A DNA stretch of 64,000 nucleotides, from contig NC_042998.1 of NCBI RefSeq assembly GCF_006345805.1, forward strand, positions 117,676,001 through 117,740,000, read 5' to 3'. Positions 13,993-25,095 of this stretch are shown here, one piece after another; within the stretch, counting starts at the first letter, position 1; each line of letters begins with the position of its first letter. This DNA comes from Octopus sinensis. Lineage: Eukaryota. The notes under the pieces are model-generated. The model did no database searches, had not been told where the DNA came from, and saw only the letters and a program-made list of their open reading frames with translations. A program made the position numbers and the translations under genes.

Positions 13993-15622
13993 GAATTGTT
14001 TGAAATTTCCAGAGAATATTTTCTCATCCATCAAAACGAAATTGTTAAGTCTACTAAGCATTGAATCAGAAAAGATTGATGACGATTCTACATGTTCGGC
14101 ATAAACTTGAATGTTCTTGCGTGAATGATATGTCCCTTTTACGCAGAAATGTAAATTTATGACTCAAAAGGGAATATAATTGCAAGGAGTTATGATTATT
14201 TGCGCTATCATGTGGGTTATTTGTGCACGAATAACATCACTGCTTGCACTAGAAATTAAAGTGAATCGAGAGGTCTCAGAATGATCGTAACTGTTTGATA
14301 TAACATTTTATAATCATAATATATAACCTTCTCATTTTAAGACTTCGCCATCCGAAGCACTAATGTGAAATGAAATATGCACGACCAATTTACTTAAATT
14401 ACTTTTCTCATAAATCACGGTACAGATGTTTGTGAAATTGGCAAATATTAGCTATCAAGCTATTCAATAGAACATACTTGTGTATGTAATCGTCCATATC
14501 ACAGTATCAACACTATTATAAGCTTCTCTTTTACTCAGCTTTCATTATTTAATTAAATTACCTACAGTGAGTATAAGAATATCTAAAGCTATTTAATGAG
14601 AAGTTTGAAGTCTTTCCATCAACTTTTTATCAGATATTGATTTCAAGAATGACAGTAGCTAATAAAATATTCGAATGTTTTGAAATCACAGCTCTACAAA
14701 CAAATTGGCACACAACAAAATATGAACACCCTACATTTGTAATGTAAATTCGAATGTAATTATATTTTATCTAGCCAATGGCATTTTCTCTGGAGAATTT
14801 TATATAATTTTGCTGAGAAACGAATTTACTAAAGCACAATACTTGTTATCACTATAAATAAATTGGTAAACGGTGTCTTGAATATTGATGCTGATGATCA
14901 TTTTAGTTTTAATAAAAACGATAGAAATGGTTATACAAAAGAATACACAAATAGCGTTATTTTTCTATCTTGAAGGTATATTGTTTACCTCACGTTTGTG
15001 ATAAATTAGTTCGGCTACTATTATAGGCAATATTTATATACACACAAGCGGCTAATACTAGCCGTGAAAAGGCAGTGAAGAAACCATGCAAATATTTAGA
15101 AGCTTGTGCATTAGGGACAAGTATTCATTTTATAATATTTGTAATATGTTCTTTGTATACTACAATACGTTTTTTATTCATGTAAATTATGGATGTAGGA
15201 TCAAACAAACATATCCATATCAAATATTCTTCAACTGCTTTGTTTTGGAATCTGGGTGCTGTTTACCCACGCAAGAAAATAATATTGTTATAAGGGAATT
15301 TACGACGGTCGTTTGTTAGCATTTCAAGAAGGTATAAAAATATCAATTGGAGCATGGAAGGCAAACGAAAAGCAACCGTCTCGTTGCATGACGCTGCTCA
15401 CTAAGGCAAACAACTATTGGCACTAGTAATGCAAGCATTCTGAAGAATATAACAATACATACGATGGCATAATTATTTTAACAAATATATGGCTTGTTAT
15501 GTAAAATAATATATTCTCTATACGTAGAATTCTGTACAATTAATATGTACGTAACATGATATTCGAATATAGTATGTAGTATGTAACAACCTGGATTATG
15601 AATTAAATATTGTCTACACCTA

Positions 15623-15659
15623 GGCACAGGAGTGGCTGTGTGGTAAGTAGCTTGCTAAC
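15623..15659 (+). mobile_element. 5' head of family A SINE, split by LINE insertion
   Basis: GGCACAGGAGTGGCTGTGTGGTAAGTAGCTTGCTAAC aligns to the head of the uninterrupted copy at 1951. The SINE resumes at 17936. Confidence 0.85.
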
Positions 15660-17935
15660 ACACATGCGCAGTTAGTCAGTTGCTTCCTGTTGAGCCAGAG
15701 TGGACGTGAGTTAACCAGCTCCGTCCAATTATAGAAAAAAGACCAAAAACAGAAAGTTGTCGAGGTGAGTGATTTTGTTTATTGTGAGTTGGGCACAATT
15801 TATTGCGTGCTAATTATTATTTCAGTAAGTTGTGTCCAACTCTGAGACAATTTCGCCTGCTCTCGGCGGCTGCTTTGTTTTTGTGTTTATTGGAAAAAAA
15901 AAACAGTGGAGGGGCGTATCCTCGGAACCCAATACAGTTACTGTTAAAATTACCGTTGGCGGTAGCCAGTGCTGTGTTTGGGTTTTTGAATGTATTCCCT
16001 TGTCAGAGTACTTCGCAAGAAAATTATAAGAATAAGCCACTTTTGGATTACCTTTCGGACCCATTTTTGTGCAGGTTGTGTTCCAGTTGCGGCGTTCCAG
16101 GTTCAACTCAGGACGGGAGTACCGTAAGGCCAGAAGATTTTTGCTGTGTTTTTCTGTTTATTAACTTTCTTTTGAACTTCATTTAACTCCCCACTTTTTT
16201 TTTTGTTTATTGCGACTTTCCGTTGATTTCTTCCCTTCTGTTGTGCTTTCTCCTTTTTGTTTTTTCAAAAATGTATGAAACTTTATTTGGACTTCTCGCT
16301 TTTTAAGTTTAATTTGAATATATTTAAAAAAAACAAAAAGAACATGGCAATGAAAAATGACAAAATTTTGGAATGGGAGATCATACCGCCTAAAAAGTAG
16401 TTAAAAGACCGTGAAGATAGGACGGTGGTGTTGAGAACCTACTCCAAGGCACTCGACACCATCGCCCTATTCCAAAAGACGGCAATTGAAAAGGAGTTGG
16501 CAGAGTATTTGCCAACAATTAAATTCATTTCCAGGGGTGTCAAATATGCAACGGTGTGGTTGCTATTTGACACCCCTGAAGAGGCTTGCAAATTTGCTAG
16601 CAAACCCCTGGAGGGTAAGGAAATGTTATTCCTGTCCACATACCAAAAACAGAGACTGACGAAAGCTTGGATTTGCGGGCTGCCACCCGGGATAAAACCC
16701 GAGTGGATAGAGGTTTTTATCGCCGGGGTCTGGGTGGCAGCGAAACTAAGCTCCTTAATGTGAAAGTTCTACCTGCGGCTGCTTGGGTTGTGTCAAAAGC
16801 AATTTCGACCCTTTGGACCCAATCAGCCAATCTGGTTCTTCCAGATTTTTTGAAAATGGCCGGGTGTAGGTACCCGGTGATGCTTGAGGGTCACCCCACT
16901 AAGTGTCATCGGTGCTTGGAGTCCGGCCATATAAAGAAGAACTGTCCCCGGGAACAAAATAGGATCCCGGAACAGTTAAGTGAAACCCCTGTAGAAGGGG
17001 GAATGAAAACGGCCGAGGAAGCGGAGGACTCCTCAAACAGAGGCCGAAAGAGGAAGGTGAGCAACAATGGGTGCTCACCAAAGGATACTAGGGATGAGGA
17101 GGGAAAGGCGAATCTTCCGGCCACGGAGGAGACGCACCTTCCCTCAGCTGAAAAGAAAAAAAAGAAAAAGAGGAAAAGAAACGGGACATTACCGGCTGTC
17201 GGTGACATAGCACCGGAATGTCCCGGAACTACGTCGGTTGGGGTTGTGCCACCGACAGGAGAAGAAATACCGTTGGCGGGAACTGTGCCGCCAACGAAAG
17301 AATTGAATATCCCGCACCCGAGCAAAAACGAGGTATTGATCCTCTTCGATAGAGGCGGAGAGATTTAAAAGGTGATGGAAAAGCACCACAAGGGAGCACC
17401 TTTAGCCTTCACACAGGACCCCAAATGGCCTCTGCAGGCAGCTGTGGAGGCCGTGGCGTTCGACGTGACGCTTGGGCTGAAGGAGCTCAATGAGGATTAT
17501 AGCTTGGTCCCGGGCGACGCTAACTCGGAACTCGATTACGTTCTGAGGGAGGCGTGATGGATGGTGGAGGGTGCGGGCACAAGTTATTTCGAGGACGAGT
17601 CAAATTGTGATACAACTTGAGGGGCCCCGACCTAGAGCTGGCGCATTCCTAAGGGAAGTGTAAGCCAGGTCTGGGAGGAGGGGCTTTTTGTATTGTATTT
17701 ATATATGTAATTATTGAACTATGTTGTTATTAGTAATGGACTATTAAGTCCAAAAGTTGAAAATTTGTAAAAATTGTAAGAGGTTTGATACCTCGTTTTG
17801 TGTTTGTTTTTAAAAGAACAATGTTTTAGAGAAGCAGAAGTCGGCGGGCACTTCTTGTCTTCTCCCATCCCCATCATCTTTCTTTCATTATCATTCATTT
17901 CTATGTACTGCCTTTATGGCAAATGTTATGAAATA
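15660..17935 (+). mobile_element. Tx1/L1-type non-LTR element of ~2.3 kb carrying ORF1 but no ORF2
   Basis: Long 5'UTR, ORF1 with RRM-like segment and CCHC knuckle, 3'UTR ending ATGAAATAAA. Flanked by AAGTAGCTTGCTAAC (15645-15659) and AAGTAGCTTTCTTAC (17936-17950), a putative TSD. Confidence 0.8.
16344..17368 (+). pseudogene. LINE ORF1 (gag-like RNA-binding protein) pseudogene
   Basis: ATG 16344, in-frame TAG at 16398, frameshift near 16725 joining ORFs 16425-16763 and 16667-17368. ATVWLLFDTPEEA (RRM-like), CHRCLESGHIKKNC (CX2CX4HX4C), basic KKKKKKRKR tract. Confidence 0.85.
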
Positions 17936-18093
17936 AAGTAGCTTTCTTACCCACCACATGGTTCCGGGTTCATTTTCACTGCGTGGCGACACCTTGGGCA
18001 AATGTCCTCTACTATAGCCTCAGGACGACCAAAGCCTTGTTTGGTGGACGGAAACTGAAAGACGCCCGTCGTATATATGTATATAAAGGTATG

Positions 18094-18164
<71 letters not shown>

Positions 18165-18390
18165 GTATGTATGTATGTATGTATGTATGTATGTGTGTGT
18201 GTATATTTTTGTGTGTCTATGTTTGTCCCCCAACATCGCTTGACAACCGATGGTCGTCTGTTTACGTACCCGTACTTAGCGGTTCGGCGAAAGAGACCTA
18301 TAGGCTTCCAAAAACAAATTTTCTCGACTAATGGCGGTGCTCCAACATGGCCGCACTCACTAAAATGATACAAGTAAAGATAAAAGAGAA
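17936..18390 (+). mobile_element. Remainder of family A SINE with internal (TA)n
   Basis: CCACATGGTTCCGGGTTC..CACCTTGGGCAAATGTC..GACCAAAGCC..GACGGAAACTGAAAGACGCCCGTCG, then (TA)n ~18085-18160, then tail CTTGACAACCGATGG..GGCGGTGCTCCAACATGGCCGCA. Confidence 0.9.
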
Positions 18391-19229
18391 TGAGAGACAT
18401 ACAATTTTTCCTTCCGTTATAACTTATATACTGTATATATATATATTGTAAACAGCGTTAGCGGTTATAATAACCGCCTAAGGGATAAAGGATATAATAT
18501 ACGAACAATATTTCTCCCATGTTTGATTTATTCATCTTGTTCATTTTATTTTTATTATATGTTATTTTTTCTTTATTTCATTGTACACCTTACATTGCAT
18601 GTGTCTGTCTGTTTGTAGAAGTATGTTGGCTTGCCTTTCCAAGATATATTTGTATAAATTTGTTGCACTATGTAGAGCGGTATACGTTGCCCATTGATTG
18701 TAATTGTATGGCTGCACCCACTGAGAGTTAATATATCTTTTAACTATTATCTTTGAATTATTAGATTTTATTGATAGCAATATCTATGTTGCGGGCATTG
18801 TAATATACCCACAGACTGTTGATTGTAATAGTCCTTTTTGCACCCACTTGGAGTTAATATACGTTTGTTTATAATTTTAACGTTTAGATTTAATTAGTTT
18901 TTCATTCTTATCTTAGGGTATTTGTTATTGCTTTTTAAGTATGTTTAGTAAATTGTTTGATTTAAGGTACCTTTCCTCATAGTACTAATCTGCCTGAGGA
19001 TCCGGCATTAACTGTACCCACAAAGTACCAATATACTCTTTTAAATTATTTTACAATAATAGGAACTATATACTTTTAATACTTAATATACTCTGGAAAG
19101 TAGGGAGTTTCGTTATTTGATAATATTCAACATATGATTTAGCCTTAAATATTAACCACCTAATTGTAAGTGCCTTTTTATTGTAGTCTACGTGCGATTG
19201 TGTTAAATGCCTCTTTTTTTCTGGGGCTG

Positions 19230-19470
19230 TATGTGGAGATATAAGGGTAGGTGTGTTGTAGTGTACGTATCAGATAGATCTTTCTTGCGTACCTGTATAC
19301 AACAAATTATTACCACAATTCGCTATATATTAGGTTAAGCCCAATTTCATTTCCTAGTAGCCCTAACGGAATCGGTGAATTACCAGTACTTGTTGCGTCC
19401 CCTTAACCATAAAATGTGGACACTTCCTCTCTTCACACTTCTTTCATGCAGGTTATAACGTTTGATAATC
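19230..19470 (-). mobile_element. Possible decayed PLE GIY-YIG remnant
   Basis: KKCEERKCPHFMVKG....YIANCGNNLLYTGTQERSI resembles KKCGRSNCATCPNLLEG..IYVIKCSGC..YVGST of the 41384 ORF. Confidence 0.35.
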
Positions 19471-19740
19471 ACGTTAGTATTTTCTGTATATACTTTTTCT
19501 TGATAAATTCTTTTTTAAAACATCCTGCCCAACTCGATTTAAATTGCATCCACCCGTTAATAAGTAGAAATATTCCCTAGACTACTACTAGCTCACAATT
19601 TTACCTACGGACTTCGTCGCCGCTAAATGGTAAATTAAATGCTGTTAACATATTGGGCTTCTAGACTTTTTATCTAGGCCATGTTTGTTTTCCTTTTCCT
19701 TTCACCTTTTGTTTATATTGTATGCTCTATTTTCTTTTTA

Positions 19741-19850
19741 CTCTGATGAAGCTTCGTGTCTTAATTCGAATGATCTATGAAAATGGAGAACGTTATTCAC
19801 GCATTTCTTTATAGACTACACCTTGACAACTTATCGGAAACAGTCGTAAG
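19741..19850 (+). ncRNA. Degenerate type I hammerhead ribozyme with long helix II
   Basis: CT-CTGATGA-AG..(~85 nt)..CG-GAAA-CAGTCG-TA-AG. Helix III is a damaged version of ACAGCTGT seen at 45359-45405; helix I only 2 bp. Confidence 0.4.
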
Positions 19851-19945
19851 ATATGTTATGTCACCTATTTGTTTTGTCATGCTTTGCATTAGAAAATAAG
19901 CTATAAATGTGTTTCAATCGATGTGTTTGTTAATCTGAGAATTCT

Positions 19946-20045
19946 CAATTTTCTGAAAGTCTGAGCATTTTCCTTCTTTTATTTTAAATATACATTTTTG
20001 CATTACATTTCCCCGAGTGGGGATAATACAAATTCGTCCCTTTGT

Positions 20046-20127
<82 letters not shown>

Positions 20128-20247
20128 ATAGATATATAGATATAAACACAAATGGAGGAATTTCGTTTATCCCTACCTGGGGAGATGTAATGCAAAAAGA
20201 TTTATATATAAAATAGAAGGAAAATGCTCAGACTTTACATAATTTCA
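19946..20247. mobile_element. MITE-like element: ~105-bp inverted arms around a (TA)n(GA)n spacer
   Basis: 19946-20053 is the reverse complement of ~20138-20247 (e.g. AAAGTCTGAGCATTTTCCTTCT / AGAAGGAAAATGCTCAGACTTT). Mirror-image ORFs MHYISPSGD.. (+) and MHYISPGRD.. (-). Confidence 0.85.
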
Positions 20248-20753
20248 ATATATTTTTAAATATACTTCATAATGTGTTTGGCGAACGGATTCGTTTTCGC
20301 TAATAATGACGTTCAAAGTATTGCAATATGGCATTTTCTTAAGAATATGTTAGCCCATGTTGTGTGTGCAGAGGTTTAAGAATGAGTGATTCAACAAGTA
20401 GAATAATCTAAGGAGAGGAAATTCGTGATCGTTATTATTGGGAATTGTGGAGGTAATTGCTCATTTTTTGGTGTAAGATGAACAATTACCCTCACGACAC
20501 ATGAGCAATTACCGCCCCTGTCCCCAAAAATAACGATCACCAATTACCTCGCCTTCGATTTTTCTATTCGTTTAATGATTCATTTTAAACTTCTCCACAC
20601 AAAACATAGACTAAAATCTTCTTAAGAAAATACTAAATTACAATAATTTCTATGTCATGATTAGCGAAAGCGTAAGCGGTCGAAAAACAAAATGAAATAT
20701 ATTATAAAATATATTAAAAGTATGTAAAGTTCGTGCAAATTCCTTCCTTCCTT

Positions 20754-20780
<27 letters not shown>

Positions 20781-20784
<4 letters not shown>

Positions 20785-21211
20785 TCCTTAATCTCTCTAC
20801 AGGAGACAACGGCAGCAGTACTGGATATTAATAGTTATCGCCAAGCTAACATGGCAGTCCAGGAAAATAGGGCGACTTCTGCAGTTGATTAGGTTCAAGA
20901 GGCCATCGCCACTAGCTATCTATGTGTCCTTTACAACCTCCGAACAGGGGAGTGTAGCAGCTCACCCTTGCTGGTTCAGCAACCATAGACTAGTTTCGGT
21001 GCGATTGCCCCTTCTCAATGTGGAGTAGACGACCCTAGCTGGCGTCGCTCCTGACTGTCTATTCGGACGTTTATTTACCTATATTCACTGGACACATCCA
21101 CAGGTTTTCAAACTTTGAAATATTAATATTCCTAAATATCTCTAAAGGAGACCACGACAGCAGTACTAGATATTAATAGTTATCGCCAAGCTAACATGGC
21201 AGTCTAGGAAA
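20781..21211 (-). mobile_element. Partial tandem repeat (345-bp period) with a hammerhead: retrozyme-like / PLE terminal-repeat unit
   Basis: 86-bp direct repeats at 20781-20866 and 21126-21211 (7 mismatches). Hammerhead on the minus strand in between. (TA)n on the left flank. Confidence 0.75.
20983..21023 (-). ncRNA. Minimal type I hammerhead ribozyme, U3-A8 core variant
   Basis: CCACA-UUGAGAA-GGGGC(AAUC)GCACC-GAAA-CUAG-UC-UAUGG: GUC cleavage triplet, palindromic ACUAGU helix III, one mismatch each in helices I and II. Confidence 0.75.
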
Positions 21212-21333
21212 TTATATATTTATAGATACAACTTACTTGGAAATGGATGCATGGTGTTCGATCCTATAATAATATAAATTATATATACATATATGCATAT
21301 ATATATATATATATATATAATATATATATATAT

Positions 21334-21365
<32 letters not shown>

Positions 21366-21391
21366 ACACACATACATGTACATGCCTACAT

Positions 21392-22378
21392 AAAAATCAA
21401 ATGCATGGAAAACAAAATTTTCGAACGACAAAATAAACAAATAGAGAAACGAGACATTCATGATAAAGAATATTCCCGTCATCAGTTGTCCTCTGTTTTA
21501 TCTACTCCGCGTCGAAGGGAGGAACAAGTCATGACTTCGTTAAAACATTCCTTCCCGTAAAGGAAATTAAATAAAATTAGTGATTTTTTGCGGGGGATTA
21601 AAATGGTAACAAAAACCGGACAGTAAGAACAAAACATTAAAAACAAACAATGAGGGTTGTTAACCCATAACGAGGTGAAGTGGTGAACGCTGGAAAAACC
21701 TGCTTTGAGAAGAGACGGGAAAAAATAAATCTTGTGTTTAGGAAGGAAGTGGAAGAAAGGAAGATAAATAGACGTTGATCACGTATGAGCAACGAGAGTA
21801 TCAAGGTAAAAGAGTGAGAGAGGGAGAAAGCGAGGGAACGGTGAAGGGGAGCGGAGAAGGTTTAGAGAAAGGATGGGAGAGATAATGAGAAAGGAAGAAG
21901 AATAAGGGTTGGCATCGGAATTATGATAAAACTTACTTGGAAAGTTTAACCTTGACTCTCTTTCTCATTGATTCTTGTTGCTCATATGTGACCAACGGCT
22001 ATCTATCTTTCTTACTTCCAATTCCTTCCAAAACATAAGACGTGTTTTTGCCTGTCTCTTCAGGTAGCTCATTTTCAGCGTCCACTACATCACCTCGTTA
22101 TGGCTTAAGAGCCCTCATCGTTCGTTATCATTGTTTTATTCTTACTGTCCGGTTTTTGTTACCACTTTAACCCTCCTGAAAAAATTCCAAATTTTATTTA
22201 ATTGCTTTGCGGGTAGGACTGTTTTAACTACGTCGTGACTTGTCCCTACCTTCGAAAAGCGGAGTGGATGAAACAGGGGACAACTGATGAAGGGAATGTT
22301 CTTTATGTTGCCTGTTTCTTTTCTCTACTTGTTTCTTTCGTTGTTCGAAAAAATGTTTTCCATGCCATTGATTTTATG
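21392..22378. repeat. Long diverged inverted repeat (~420-bp arms, ~140-bp purine-rich spacer), probably PLE terminal-repeat derived
   Basis: 21392-~21812 pairs with ~21953-22378, e.g. AAAATGGTAACAAAAACCGGACAGTAAGAA vs TTCTTACTGTCCGGTTTTTGTTACCACTTT. Both arms carry a CTGATGA motif in the same relative position. Confidence 0.85.
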
Positions 22379-23085
22379 GTCGCGTTTCTCATTTTACTCA
22401 CGTTCTTCTTTCAAACAAATTTAGAAGAATCTATCTTAAAATTATGTCATTGTAGATTCACATCTACATGTCTATTCACCCTACACAGTGATAAGTTGCA
22501 TGTCTTTAAATTTTAGAATAGTATAGTAATACATTTGTTATCAGGGCTAACTGTTTCTCACTGCAGAGGAAACACTTTCATCAGCATAAGATAAAATGTG
22601 GAAGAATATATGAGAAAATCTCTGCAATTGTTCTATGTAATCTTCAGTGGAAACCGGTATCTTGTTACCATATATTAATTTTATGTAGATTTTAAGATAC
22701 AATTCTTTAGAAGAAAAAATGATTCTTGCTACTTTAGTTTTTCTATAAAATTTCTTCTATGAACTGGCATAATACTATTGAAGACACAAAACTATTTTTC
22801 ACACGTAGTATAGTTGCTGATTTATATAAATACTTCAGAGTTGAAACTGTTTCACCCAGAAGTGAATGGAAATCGCCGTAAAATATTTTCAGTGCAGTTA
22901 TGCTAACGTCTATAGCGCATTGAGTTAGTAACACGTTTACAAATTAAACCAGCAACTAAATTTGTTTCAGATATGTATTGAATGGTTCTCCCACCCATGA
23001 TGCTACATAAATTATACGAACTATAAACAGTGTAATGTTACTCAGTAAATACGTAATTAGGTTTCCTATGTGTTTCCTCGTGTAT

Positions 23086-23134
<49 letters not shown>

Positions 23135-24073
23135 TATATATACATACATTGATAAGATGATATTCCATGATATGTGCCGGGAAATCGAGTGTGACATATA
23201 TTTTCGGCTCTTAAGATGTTACATCAAAGAAAACGGTCATCAATTAAAGCCAGACTTGCAGCCAATATTAACTGCTTTATTGCTATTGATTGATGTGAAT
23301 CTTCCGTAACAGCTCTGGAAACAGGTAATAATTCATTTTGCTGCTAATGTAATGTAAAGTGCACATTAAAAAATAACTGGGAGTTGTTACCGAATTAAGC
23401 ATGATTAGCGTATTGCTCTTCTAATTTTCATATTTCACTTTCAAAAGTTTCAGACAATTTTACAAACAAGGAAATGGTCTTTTATCTTCAAGAGACCAAA
23501 CGGCAACATATTCGAAGATGAAGAGATATCAATATGAAATGCTCGATGCTCTCACAATATATATTCTTCTGAAGAAGTTTAAATGCAAATAACTACTTAA
23601 AGAGTTAGGAAAACTTTCTGTCGCATTGTTATGACACAACAATAAAAGAAGTAGCACTATTATGATAATCGTCTTTCTATGTTACTTTACAATGGTATCT
23701 ACTTCATATTATAAGACGCTTAGTAGGTCTTCATTAAAAAGTAAAACGCTGCTTTTATTCTTGACTGCCTGTTTATATTCGGTGCTAGAGATAGAATCGT
23801 AATAAATTATTCATTTCATAACATGCTCAACGACAATCACATACAATTTACAAACAAGAGAATCACAAGTGGTGCACGGAAGAAAATAGGTATTCATATC
23901 GATATAATCAATCACTGAGAAATATTGCCGCCGCTCTTGTCCATGTGTACGTTCTGTCTTTGATACACCTTGGAGAGAAATTTAATGTTATGATATACGA
24001 AGCATTCTCTCTGAAAACATAAATGTGTGTGTATGTATACGTGCCCTAAACTCTTTTTCTCTCTCTCTCTTTC

Positions 24074-24112
<39 letters not shown>

Positions 24113-24896
24113 CTATCTAGGAGATTTTCTTATAGTAGTGAAATAGTAAGTTTTAACTACTTTTTTAAAATTTCGGCAAAATTTTACTGAACCTAATTAT
24201 AATTATACTCATAATTATAAAATTTTATATATACATAAACATATATATACACGTATGCACACGCACGAACACACACACATATATATATGCATACATGCAC
24301 GTATACATATAGATCACAGATTGCAAATTGTGTGCAGAATGTAACATTAGTCAAGTACATTCAGTTTCACTACGCTTTTCGAATTTTACAATATTACGAA
24401 TACTTTCCTGTTTTAAAAGAATCTACAGGTATGTTTTAGTTTAGAGACAACTGATTTCAAATTTAGGGAAATAGGGGCAATATGCGGTTGCTCTTCATGT
24501 AACACTACTCTAAAAGAGTAATGTTTTATCAGGACTGGATAAACGCGATGAGTCAGTACACCTTCGACGTCGGTAAATATTTTGCGAAATTAATTGGTTG
24601 ATTTGTCCCTGAAGTCTACATGGTCGTCAAGCAATATTCAATATTCCCCAGAGCAAATTGTTAAGCGAACTTTTCATGACATCAATACTTAATTTGCTAG
24701 TTCCGTTTTTCTCCCAAAACATTTGATCAAATATCTTTACGTTTACAAACTTTATGTACTTGAGAAACATAATTAGTATTTTTCTGACGTCAAATGTCAG
24801 TCAGTATACTTTTTTTTTTTGCAATGGAAAGAATTGGTTAATATTCTGAAAACGGTTGGCCTTGTGCGAAAACATTAAATCAATAATCAGATAACG

Positions 24897-25095
24897 TTAA
24901 GGCGGCGAGCTAACAGGATCATTAGGACGCAAGACAAAATTCTTAGCGCTATTTCGTTCGTCTTTATGTTCTGAAACCATATTTCTCCAAGATCGTCTCT
25001 GACTTTCATACTTCCGAAGTCGATAAAAGAGGTACCAGTTGCATACTGGGGTCAATGTAATCCACTGATCCCCTCCCACGCATTTTCTGGCCTTG
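24897..25095 (-). mobile_element. SINE 3' module fragment
   Basis: Minus strand GGATTACATTGACCCCAGTATGCAACTGGTACCTCTTTTATCGAC..GACGAACGAAATAGCGCTAAG..AGCTCGCCGCCTTA, recognised as a common octopus SINE tail (recognition only). Confidence 0.65.

Noticed and set aside
18690-18900. Weak ~125-bp direct repeat (TTGATTGTAAT..GCACCCACT..GAGTTAATATA)
   Set aside because: Too diverged and short to assign; likely a decayed TE-internal duplication.
22235-22300. Possible type II hammerhead (GAAA..CTGATGA order) in the inverted-repeat arm
   Set aside because: No convincing helix I or cleavage triplet could be folded in either arm.
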